A stretch of 64,000 nt of DNA from Lama glama (lineage: Eukaryota): NCBI GenBank assembly GCA_028534125.1, contig CM052816.1, positions 33,854,001 to 33,918,000 of the forward strand, written 5' to 3'. This document shows, piece by piece, positions 39,727 through 51,431 of this stretch. The notes under the pieces were generated by a model that saw only the letters and a program-made list of their open reading frames with translations, did no database searches and was not told the DNA's origin. Each line of letters starts with the position of its first letter. Position 1 is the stretch's first letter. The position numbers and the translations under genes were made by a program.

Positions 39727-41369
39727 TACGGTTACTGAAGAGCATGAGATAAGCCTCTGTTTGCCTCTTTCTGTACAATTCACTAGTCAAATCATGATAT
39801 GTGACTGTTTTGAGGACGCATAAAAATGGTACAAATGATTCCTCTTGCAGGTTTTAATAACTGGTTCAAAAAAACTTTTTATCAAATAGTGTATTGAAAG
39901 CTGAAAATTAACTTGACTAATGATTAATATGCGTGACTCTAGTTATATTAATACAGGGCAAAACTCCCTGCGGCGCCTACAGAGTTAGTAGTAACCAATT
40001 CCTTGAGGATAACTTCAGGTTTTGGACTGTACTGAGAGTTTGATGAAGAATATTCTTATGAAAAGACTAAACATTTTGTGAAAGTTGATAACACTTTGAG
40101 ATTCTATTTTTTTGAGGTTTTTTTTGAGGGGAGAAAGGAAGTTGTTTTAAATCTTACTTCCTTTATTTACCCGACTAAGGGTTTAATTCCAGCATCTCTG
40201 TGGGAGACATTTCTGAAGACACTGATCTTTTTTTTCTGGAAACTTTAGATTATTTGGCTACTGTTTCTTTTACTTTTAGCCAAAAGCAATCCTAACTAAA
40301 AATACATTAGGGAGTTGTATTGTCTCTCTGGTGTATCCCAATAATACTCAAATAGTGGTTCATAAACTAGTGTTGGTTAAGCACTGTTACTACCAAAATA
40401 AGCCAGAAATCCAGAGTAAGCTTGTCTTTTACAGCAGTTTGACATTTTCTACCCATCCTTCCTGGGGAAGTCTCATCAGCAGGGTGTTATGGAACTTGCA
40501 TGTTGAGCAGATGGTGTAAATACCTACCACTTTTACCCACAGATGTGAGGAATCTTTGGATAGTAGGTTCAGTGATCAAGAGAGAATTTCTAAAATAGTC
40601 TCTAACCTCTTGCAATAAAAAAAAAATAGGACTAATTGTAGTCAGTCTTGTGACACATATCAGGAAACAGCTAAAAGCTCTAGGCCAGTATAACTAACAC
40701 AAACATAAAGACCAATTTGCCTTTAATTCTCCTTCTCTTCTATTATTTTTCTCTCTGGGTGGCCTGTGCTTTTTCCTTTCTATTCATCTGACATTAAACA
40801 TTTTAAATTAATTTATCTCAAGAGTATGTCTGACTCGAATTTGTATTTCCAAGCTCCATTCTGAAATACATAATGTTTTATGAGTGATGGGGTTCCTTTG
40901 GTCTTTTGCAGACTTTGTCTACCTAGCCTACTTAAACATCTATCTTCATAATTTTGTCTGATTCACAATAAGTGCTTGTCAAATTTGCAACATTTGTTAA
41001 TAGATTTATCAAATTAACTCTTGAATATTTCTACATCTTTATTATTCTGTGCTTCCATGTACTTTATCATGCATCCATTAATAATTGTTTTTAGTCATTT
41101 TCCTAAGTGCCTTTTAAGGTGGAAATATCCAATGTGATGATGTTAACTGTTAAAAAAAAATGAACTCCTGAATATATTAATCCTACTTGGAAATAACTTG
41201 TATTTTATATTAAAATTAGGGCAGCTCTGAATGACATCCCTGTTTATAGCTCATTACAGCTGCTGCCTTAGTACGTTTGCTCTGTATTCTAAAGGATATA
41301 GATTATTAGAAGCAGACTTTGCTTAACTAATAGCAAAAGATAATGACGTTTTGTGTTGATAATCCATTT

Positions 41370-41810
41370 TGCTGGATATTTTCCTATTGTCCTTCCAGAT
41401 CCTCCTTCCATCCTTCTCCACTCTGCCTTGCATCTTATGTCCTTGTAGTTTGATTTAGCTAATGGGAAGCACAGATACATAATTGGAGTTGAGATCACAT
41501 TTCCTATTTTCTGGGCTCCTTCTTAGCAGGCAGCCTCAGATCAGTTGCATCTCTCCACCAAAGGCTGAAGATTCTTATTAAGCACCACTTCTCTGTTCTT
41601 TCTGGGTCCCTCTTCCCTTCAGTCCTGAGAGTGGTAACAGTTCACCCTCTTCTTGCCAGCGCTTGAGAATGGCAGCACCATCATGGGTTTGTTTTTTTTT
41701 TAATTATTATTATTTTTTACTTGAATAAATCTGACCACATCTTTGGAAAGTCTGTTCAGTTACCCATTTGAGGGTGCCATCTGTTTCCTGCCAGAAACTT
41801 GAGTGATGTA
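41370..41810 (-). mobile_element. LTR33-like ERVL LTR
   Basis: tttgagggtgccatctgtttcctgc is the reverse complement of the recalled LTR33 5' end. Confidence 0.55.
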
Positions 41811-42082
41811 ATGATCAGTTTTAAAAGTTAGCTATCTTACAAATGAAATGCAGAATAATTCAATATAAATCTGACTTCCCATTTCATTACTTTAGTTTGT
41901 GTTTGACTACCAAACACAAATAGTATGTCCTAGTTTTTGCCATACATGTGTAAAGTATGCTCAAGATATACTTTAAGAGGGAAAAAAATCTGGATGTGAA
42001 GGCAAGCAGAGAAAATCTAAATAACAAAAAGACAGGAGACATAAAAAGAAATTTACAAAGCACTTTAAAAAACAAAGCATAG

Positions 42083-43851
42083 AAAAAAGTCTATCGCCCA
42101 TTTTTTAATCGGGTTTTGTTTTTTTGATGAGTTGTATGAGGTGTTTATATATGTTGGATATTTATCCTTTATTGGTCAAACTATTTGCAAATATTTTCTC
42201 CCTTCAGTAGGTTGTCTTTTTGTTGATGGTTTCCTGTGCTGTGCAAAAGTTTTTACATTTATTTAGGTCCCATTTGTTTATTTTTGCTTTTATTTCCCTT
42301 GCTTTACGAGATGGATCCAAAAACATGTTGCCCTGATTTATGTCAAAGTGTTTTGTGTACGTTTTCCTCTAGGAGTTTTATAATATCTGGTATTACATTC
42401 AGGTCTTTAGCCCATTTTGAGTTTATTTTTTACATGATGTTAGAGAATGTTCTGATTTCATTCTTTTACATGTAGTGGTTTAGTTTTCCCAGCACAACTT
42501 ATTGAAGAGACTGTCTTTTCTTCATTGTATATTTCTGTCTTCATTGTCATAGATTAATTGATCAAAAGCGTGTGGGTTTATTTCTGGGCTATTTGTTCTG
42601 TTCCACTGATCTATGTGTTTGTTTTTGTTCCAGTACCATACTGTTTTGATTACTGTAGCTTAGTAGTATGATCTGAAGTCAGGGAGTTTGATTCCTTCAA
42701 TTCAGTTCTTCTTTCTCAAGGTTGTTTTGGCTGTTCTGGGTCTTTTGTGTTTCCATACACATGATTTTAAAATCATTTGCTCTATTCTGTGCACAATGCC
42801 GTTGGTATTTTGTTAGGGATTGCATTGAATCTGTAGATGCCTTGGGTAGTATGGTTATTTTAACAATATTGATTCTTCCCCAATCCAAGAACACAGTATA
42901 TATTTCCATTTGTGTCATCTTAAGTTTCTTTTATCAGTGTTTCAGAGTTTTCAGAGAACAGGTTTTTGCCTCTTTAGAAAGATTGAATCCAAGGTATTTT
43001 ATTCTTTTTGATGGGATGGTAAATGGGTTGTTTCCTTAATTTCTCTGTCTGATTGTTTGTAGTTAGTGTACAGAAATGCAACAGATTTCTGTGTATTAAT
43101 TTTGTATCCTGCAACTTTACAAAATTCATTGATGAGCTCTAGTAGTTTTCTGGTGCAATCTTGAGGATTTTCTGTGTATAGTTTCATGTCATCTAAAAAC
43201 AGTAAAAGTTTTACTTCTTTCTTTACAGTTTGGATTCATTTTATTTTTTTTTCTCTGATTACTGTGGCTAGGATTTCAAAACTATGTTGAACAAAATTGG
43301 CGAGAATGGGCATTCTTGTTTTGTTCCTCATCTTAGAGGTAATGCTTTTAGCTTTTCACCATTGAATATGATGTTAGCTGTGGATTGTCATATATGGCCT
43401 TTGTTATGTTGAGGTAGACTTTTTTAGGGGAAATGCAGATGGCCACACAGGCACATGAAAAGATGCTCGAAATCATTAGTCATAAGGGAAATGCAAATCA
43501 AAATCAGTGAGATACCACTTCACACCTGTCAGAATGGCCATCATCAAAAGGAACACAACAAATGTTGGCAAGGATGTGGAGAAAAGGGAACCTTTGTACA
43601 CTGTTGGCTGCCTGTAATTTGCTGCAGCCACTGTGGGAAAACAGTATGGAACTTTCTCAAAAACCTAAGAATAGAGATATCATATGATCTAGCAGTTCTA
43701 CTCCTGGGTATATATTTGAAAAAATTAAAAACACTATTTGAAAAGATACATGTACCTTAGTGTTCATTGCAGCTTTATTTACAATTGCCAAGACATGGAA
43801 GCAACCCAAGTGCCCATTAATAGATGAATGGATAAAGAAGATATGGTGTGT

Positions 43852-43900
<49 letters not shown>

Positions 43901-44352
43901 GGAATACTACTCAGCCATAAAAAGAACAAAACTTTGTCATTTGTAGCAATATGGAGGGACTTGGAAGGCATTATGTTAAGTGAAATTATAAATTAGAAAA
44001 AGATAAATACTGAATGATATCACTTATGTGGAATTTAAAAAATACAACAAACTAGTGAATGTGACAAAAAAAAGAAGCAGACTCACAGATACAGAGAAAA
44101 AAACTAGTGGTTACCAGTGGGGAGAGGGGTTAGGGATAATGTGGGGGGGGGGAGTGGGAAACTATTGCAGACTGTGGGTATAAGATAGTCTCAAGGATGT
44201 ATTGCACAGCCTGAGGAATATAGCCAATATTTTGCATTAACTGTAAATGGAAAGTAACCTTGAAAAACTATATAAAAATTAAAGTAAAAATACAGAAATT
44301 AAAAAAAATCACTCATATTCCTGCCACCCATAAAAAAAACATATAAAACCAG
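42083..44352 (+). mobile_element. 5'-inverted (twin-primed) L1: inverted ORF2 part 42083-43414, sense 3' part 43415-44310
   Basis: Minus ORFs 42697..42918 and 42999..43187 and plus ORFs 43455..43996 are L1 ORF2-like; A-rich tail; TSD aaagcatag at 42074-42082 and 44353-44361. Confidence 0.9.
43854..43898. repeat. (AC)~22 microsatellite inside the L1
   Basis: Direct read of the sequence. Confidence 0.95.
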
Positions 44353-44849
44353 AAAGCATAGTAATCTAATAATGATGGTAAGTACTTACATAGTTTCCTC
44401 TATTCCAGGCTCTAGTCTAAGCAATCTATGTATTTTGACCTGTTTATTTCTTATAACAACTCTAATAAGGAGGTACTATTCCCATTGTGCAGGTGAGGAA
44501 ACAAGCACAGTTAAGTAAATCAGTCTGGTTGTATCCTCTTAATTAATATGCTATGCTATTCTTTGAATAGTTTTGCTGATACGAAAGGATAAGTTTATAA
44601 GAGTACTATAATAGAAATAAGAGGGGTTTTCAATTCCAAGTTGGGTTGGACTCCTAGGTCTGACAGTTGAAATCTAAATCTAAATTTCAATTCTTTTGTA
44701 ATGTAATTTTATCCTTAAGCCTGATTTTCCTTATTGCCACCCTTTTCCCCATAAACATGAATTCATATGAAATATGTTATTTGACACTGAGTACATTTGT
44801 ATTTTAATATAAAATATAACATTTCTCTTCAGGTTTATGATCTGGGAAT

Positions 44850-44920
44850 ATGCCTGTTAACAAATCACCTGTGATGAATAAATCTGGAGTAATATCTTCC
44901 TCTTACCATGAAAAATCAAA
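44850..44920 (+). CDS. TMEM232: TMEM232 exon 2 coding part (MPVNKSPVMNKSGVISSSYHEKS; exon starts 44833)
   Basis: ttctcttcAG acceptor at 44831-44832; ATG at 44850; resembles the recalled human N-terminus MPVNKSPMIN; donor AA|GTAAGT is phase 2, matching the next exon. Confidence 0.88.
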
Positions 44921-45475
44921 GTAAGTTTGAAAAAATTTTATATTATTAAAGTAGTGAACCTTATATATTGTAGAATTTAGAAAGGGCAGGAAATTGTGAA
45001 CAGTGAAAAAAATCACTCATAGTTCTGTAACTAAGGATAAGAATGTGAAGGTTTACTATTTTTTAAATAAATGGCTTCATTGTTTGTAATCATATATTTT
45101 TAAATCTTGAATTGTTTTTTCTTTAAATTAGGCATTTTTCTGTAACTTCAAGGCCTTTTAAGTTGCCATGATAATCCATGAAATGTATAAGAAAAAGTAT
45201 TTAATAACTTCTGCAATGTGAAGCATTTTAGTTATTTCTTAGCCCTTTGCTGTTTCAGATTTCACAATGATAGAATGTTTTTCTGCATTTCAAATTATTT
45301 ACTTGGGATAAAGTTTCTGAAATGAAGTTACTGGATTAAAATTTGTTGATAATTTAAGTATTGTATGTGATTTTAAGAAATTTTTAAGAACTTAAAAATG
45401 AAAAATGTAATAGAATACATAATAAAACTTAAATGTTGACATGTTTCAATTATTTCTCTTTAATAAAGAATAGAT

Positions 45476-45572
45476 CATGTATGACTGAAGCATTATGCTG
45501 TACACTAGAAACTGACACAACATTGTAAACTGACTACTATACTTCGATAAAAAATATATATCTATTAAAAAA
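45476..45572 (+). mobile_element. Very short L1 3' end
   Basis: L1 terminal motif tgctgtacactagaaactgacacaacattgtaaactgact plus an A tail; 11-bp TSD aaagaatagat (45465-45475 and 45573-45583). Confidence 0.85.
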
Positions 45573-46169
45573 AAAGAATAGATGAGCAGAGAAACTTGAA
45601 GCTCTTTGACCACATCCTCCCAAATACAATAATTGTGGTGTATATCGTATCCTTAATTTTTTCTACTTTAATATAAAACAATGTAAAATTATATTTTCCA
45701 TTCCATATCCTAAAGTACATACCTAGGTATGGAATTGTTGGGTATACTATTTACTGAAGAGGATTTACCAATTCTCAGTCTTTAATGATTCGTGATTTTT
45801 TTATTTTGGTTAAAAAAACTCTCTCCACCACAAGATCATGTAGATAATATTATACATTATTTAAAAAAATCTTATTGTTTTGTTTTTTATTTAATACATA
45901 TGGAAATGATTTTTGTTAATGGTGTTAAGCACTGTTGTGCATACCAAACTGATCAACACCATATATCAAAAAGAACATCCTTCTCCACTTACTTCTCTAG
46001 TACAACTATTGAATAAATCAAGTGTGGGCTCTGTATTCTGTTTCACTGGCCTATTTGTCCCTTTTTACAATAATGCCACACTGCTTTAGTGATAAAATTT
46101 AATAGTCAATTTGATAGGTTTTCCAAATTTGTTCTTCAGTGATACCTTTCGTATTATTTTTATTTAGAA

Positions 46170-47665
46170 GTTTTTTTTTTTATTGAGGTTTGGGTTATTT
46201 ACAATATTGTATTAGTTTCAGGTGTACAACCTGATTCAAAATTTAAAGTTATAAAATACTGGCTATATTTCCTGTGCTGTACAATATATCCTTGTAGCTT
46301 ATTTTATACATAGTAGTTTGTACCTCTTAATAGCCTACCCCTATCATGTCCCTCCCCTCTTCCGTCTCCCCACTGGTAACCACTAGTTCTCTATATCTGT
46401 GAGTCTGTTTCTGTGTTTTTTAAATTTTTTTTTGTTTTATTTTTTGCACCCCAATTATAAGTGATATTGTATGGTGTTTGTTTGTTTTTCTCTGTCTGAC
46501 TTATTTCACTTAGAGTAATAACCTCCAGGTCCATCCATGTTGCAAATTCATTTTTATGGCTGAGTAGTATTCCATTATATGTATATACCGCATCTTCCTT
46601 ATCTGTTCATCTGTTGTTGGACACTAAGGTTGTTTTCATGTCTTGGCCCTGTAAATGCTGTCAATGAACATTGGGGTGCATGTATCTTTTAAAATTAGTG
46701 TTTTCATTTTTTTCAGATGTATACCCAGGAATAGAATTGCTGGATCATAGGGTAGTTCTATTTTTAGCTTCTTGAGGCACCTCCATACTGTTTTCCACAG
46801 TGGCTGCACTAATTTACATTACCATCAACAGTAAATGAGGGTTGCCCTTTCTACACATCCTTACCGGCATTTGTTGTGTTCTTTGTGATCATGGCCATTC
46901 TGACAGGTGTGAGGTGATATCTCATTGTAGTTTTGATTTGCATTTCTTTGATAATTAATGATATTGAACATTTTCTCATGTGCCTATTGGTCATTTGAAT
47001 GTCTTCATTGGAGAACTGCTTGTTGAGGTCGTCTGCCCATTTTTGGATTGGGTTTCTTGTTGTTAAGTTGTATGAGCTGTTTATATATTCTGGAAATGAA
47101 GCCTTTGTCAGTCACATCATTTGCAAATATTTTCTCCCATTCTGTACGTTATCTTTTTGTTTTGCTTCTGGTTTCCTTTGCTGTGCAAAACGTGTAAATT
47201 TAATTAGATCTCATTTGTTTATTTTTGCTTTTATTTCTGTTGCCTGGGTAGACAGCCATAGGAGAACATTGCTGATTTATGTCAGAGAATGTTTTGCCTA
47301 TGTTTTCTTCTAGGATGTTGGTTTATCATGTTTTGTCTTATATTTAAAGTCTTTAAGCTGTTTTGAGTTTATTTTTATGAATGGTGTGATGGAGTATTCT
47401 AACTTCATTGACTTACATGTTGCTATTGTGTTTTCCCAACACCACTTGCTGAAGAGACCGTCTTTTCCATTGTATATTCTTGCTTCCATTGTCAAAGATT
47501 AATTTACCATAGATCTTTTGGTTTATTTCTGAGCTGTCTATTCTATTCCATTGATCCATATGTCTTTTTTTATGCCAATACCATGATGTTTTGATTACTG
47601 TAGCTCTGTAGTATTGTCTGAAGTCTGGGAGGGTTATTCCTCCAGCTTCATTCTTTTTATTCAAA
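46170..47665 (-). mobile_element. 5'-truncated L1 (ORF2 C-terminus plus 3'UTR)
   Basis: Poly(T) at 46170-46181; ORF 47413..47673 is L1 ORF2-like ([28 protein letters not shown]). Confidence 0.9.
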
Positions 47666-49249
47666 TAGATCATTCTGTAATTGTGTTGGTACTTCTGGTG
47701 TTTAGGAAGTACCAGCCAGGTTGGTTGATACTCAAGATTTCCATCTATTTCAGTTCACTTTTTTCACCTTCCCATATGCCAAACTGAACAAAAGTATAGC
47801 CAGATTAATTTTTAACCCATGTATTTATTACACTATGAAATCTGGATTCTGTTTTTATTTATCTTGTGAAACTACTTTAAAGATCTCCACTGACTTTCTA
47901 AACATTAACTCTAATGATACTTTCAGTGTCCATAGTCTTGCTATCTCTGCAAGATGTGCATTTAGATCATCGTCTTCAATCTATTCTTTGGTATATCAGT
48001 CTAGGATTGTTTCTTTGCATGGAACAAGCACACATTCAGCTTAACTCAAACAAAAGAAAAGTGTAATGGAAGGATGTAGGGCTGTCTTGTGGAACCTGAG
48101 AGCAGAAGGTATAATCAGGCCTCATTTGTTCATTCAGTACTTACTGTATTTTCTGTAAGAGACATTGGCGATAAAAGAGTCAACAGATGTAGTCTATATC
48201 TATACTAGACTGCAAACTCTGGCTATACATCCGTAAACCATCCAACAAATGTTGATCAGGGCTACACCAGTAGGGCTACACTACTTAGTTCTCTGCTTTG
48301 GGGTAATTTTTGTCTTGAATGACATTTCAGCAGAGGCACTGCTTGGCTGTACATGAACTTTCAGCTCTAACATCGGCTAAGTAATGTATCAGCTAATTAA
48401 AAATCCCTGGAGGGAAGATTGGATTGGCCTAGTCAGATGTCTGTTGTGACCCAGTCAGCCATGGTGGGGGCAAGGGAGGATGGAGTCATATGGTGTTAAT
48501 ATAGAAGTTAGACCCACTGGCTCGGCAGGGACCATGAACAATTCTCAGATAAAGAGTTTACACCCCAATTGTACACACATTTGAATTTTGTTGCAGTACT
48601 TTCCTGAATTTCTTACTATGTTTATTGCTATTTCTCTCTTGCCTCCAAAGATCTCCCTTGACTCTTTTTTCTCCGTACTCTTCCTCTTGGCATTTCATGG
48701 CTTTGAGTGTGTAGGTAAATCTGAAATCTTTATTTCTAGATCTTTTCCGCTTCCTAATGCCTGCCTCACAAGTTTGCTTGGAGTATAGACCTCTCCAGTT
48801 GGTTGTCTCACAGATAAATCATAGTATGGCCAGAATGGCAAGGATCATCTCCCCACATTCCTCCATCTAACTGTCATGATGCCAACTTCTGCTACTAATC
48901 GATTGTCTCAAAACCTTAAGATGATCTCTATATCTGCCCTCACAGTTTGTTTTCTCACATCCCATTAGTCATTAAGCCCTATTGATTTAGCTTCTACCTA
49001 ATCTCTTACATTCACTCACTCTTTATCATTATTATGGCCCAAACTGCAGTCCAGACTTTTATTTCTTACCTAAGTCGTTGAAATAGTTGCCCCACTGTTT
49101 ACCAGTAGTCACTTCTCACTCCAAACCATTAAACATAGGACTTTCAGTTTGGTCATCCTAAAGCACAGCTGTAATCTCATCACTCTTCAGCTGAATGATT
49201 CCCTCTTATTTATCAAATAAAACTCAAAAGTCTGTATATAATATTTAAT

Positions 49250-50200
49250 TAGTACCCACTGTAACTAAGAGAATCTAAAATAGCAATGACAGCTAAACAA
49301 AAGAGAAGTTTTTCTGAATGTAGTCAGTTCAGAACTGGTATGAAGAGCCAGGATTGAGATTCCTTTTAACTGGCTACCTTCTGCACGCAACTTACTCTTA
49401 AAGGCATTTCATGGTCTATCATGGCTGCTGAAGCTCCAGCGATCACAGTCATGCTTCATGCAGCAGAATAGAGGAAGGACTGAAGAAGGGTTTGTATGAT
49501 TTTCCAGGAGACTCCTCAGAACTGTCTGAATTTTACTTATTTTACTGGCTGAAACCTAGACATTTATGCATACCTAACTACAAGAAAGAATCTTTTAGTA
49601 AGAAAAGAAGAGAAATTGATGTAGGCAACTGTAAGTCTGCCACAGACTGCCACTCAATGCCATTTGTATTTATCTCAACCTAACATTTCTATGTTTATTT
49701 CCAATCTTGATTTTAAGCATTCTGTCACTCTGTGCTAGGTTAAAACTATTCTTTTTCTTTATTTCTACTTGATAGGGTAAATTTGAAGCAACTATAAAAA
49801 GAGGTCTCTAATTTCGGTGGATTAAGCAAGATGGAAGTGTATTTAAGGGACTTATGAATCCAGCGGGTCTAGGCTGACAAGAAGGCTGTGTTTTTAGGGT
49901 CATTGAGAAACTCAGGATCCTCATTATCTCATCGTTGTACTCATCTGCCTAATCAAAGCCTATTCAACACCATATTTGTGTTCCAGTCTGCTGGAAAGGA
50001 AAAAAAGGATCTCATTCTAGGAGAACTGACCTGTCTTTAAGTTAGAGGTGACCTGAGATTTGCATATATTATATCTGCTCACAACCCTCTGGTTTGGCCA
50101 TGTGGTCATACCCTGCTGCCAGAAAGACTGGGAAAGATCACTAGGTGGTGATCCTGTGACCAGGAAAACGCAGACATGAGTTTGAAAGGATGACTGCCTT
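49250..50200. mobile_element. Two degraded MLT1-type LTR fragments
   Basis: Motifs atggctgctgaagctccagc and ggtcataccctgctgccag; boundaries approximate. Confidence 0.45.
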
Positions 50201-51400
50201 TCTGTCATAGTCCAGTTCCTTTCTGTACGTCAAGCTACAGCTCAAGTGCCATTTCTGCAAAGAAGCTTTTTCTGAATCTTTAACCAAAAACAATAATGCT
50301 TGTAACTAATAGTGATCCAGTGCTGAGTGTATGCCAGGAACTCGACGATGTGTTCCAGCTTAATGCTTATCAGAATTCTACAAGCTTTTGTCTTCCTTTC
50401 CACAGATGGAAAATGATAGCTCACACAGATTAAATGATTAAGCAAAGATTGTAGCACTAGCCAGTGCTGGAATCATGATCTCTACTTCGGAGTGTCCCAG
50501 AGGATTTTATTTCCTTTTCTTTTTGTTTTTTCAGTGTGTTTTTCCATTATATTTAATCACTTGTGACATGTCTCACTTCCCTCCTAAATTGGGAGCTTCC
50601 TATGAGCAGGCCTGACTCCTCTCTTAGCCCTCATTGCATCTAGCAAATATCTTGTATGTGGGAGGCTTTCATTAAATGTTTACTGAACAAATGAATCATC
50701 AGCTTAAAAAAAGTTTTGAATTACAGATAATGTAAATAAAGAGTCACCCGGATTGGGTATCCCCACAGTCAGAAGACTTTAGTATATTCCCTTCATATGA
50801 AATTGGCATAATGACCTTTATTCACTACCTGTTTCATAGGACTGCAATTTCACACTTACAGTAGATTGCATTTTTCTTTGTGAAATCTTTTGATATTTTG
50901 AATAAATTGGAATGTGTAGCTAAGATATATTTTCCTTTCAAATGCCTGGATTTATTTTTTCAAGTTTCCTTTTGCTTCTTATGGATTGTTTATCATTAAT
51001 GAAGCATTAATTTGTGTAACAACCTCTATTTGTGATGGACAATAAATAGTTAAAAGAACTATATTTCCCATTAAATATTTATTGACATGAGCTGTGGGAG
51101 ACCAATTAATGTACTCAGTCTCTATACAGAAAGCTAAAAAGCATTAGCTTTCCATGTTTTTAATAATTCATCACAGGCCACAATCCATATTGAAAAATAA
51201 TTGATAAAACTGAAATTATTTATAAAATATATTCTAAGCGTAGAAATTCAATTAGATATTATTTTCATCCTGAGGCTTTACCCTGCTTTAGAAATAAAAT
51301 GATATAAATGCATTTTTCTCGGAGCCTATATAAAAGCTGAGATAAAATATCTAATTTCAGAAAAAATATTTTTAATTTGTATTTGAAACCCTTGGGTATT

Positions 51401-51431
51401 GTGTGTGTGTGTGTGTGTGTGTGTGAGTGTG
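51401..51431. repeat. (GT)n microsatellite
   Basis: Direct read of the sequence. Confidence 0.9.

Noticed and set aside
42236..47673. Several ORFs with reverse-transcriptase or L1 ORF2 similarity
   Set aside because: Fragmented, frameshifted, 5'-truncated L1 copies; not functional genes.
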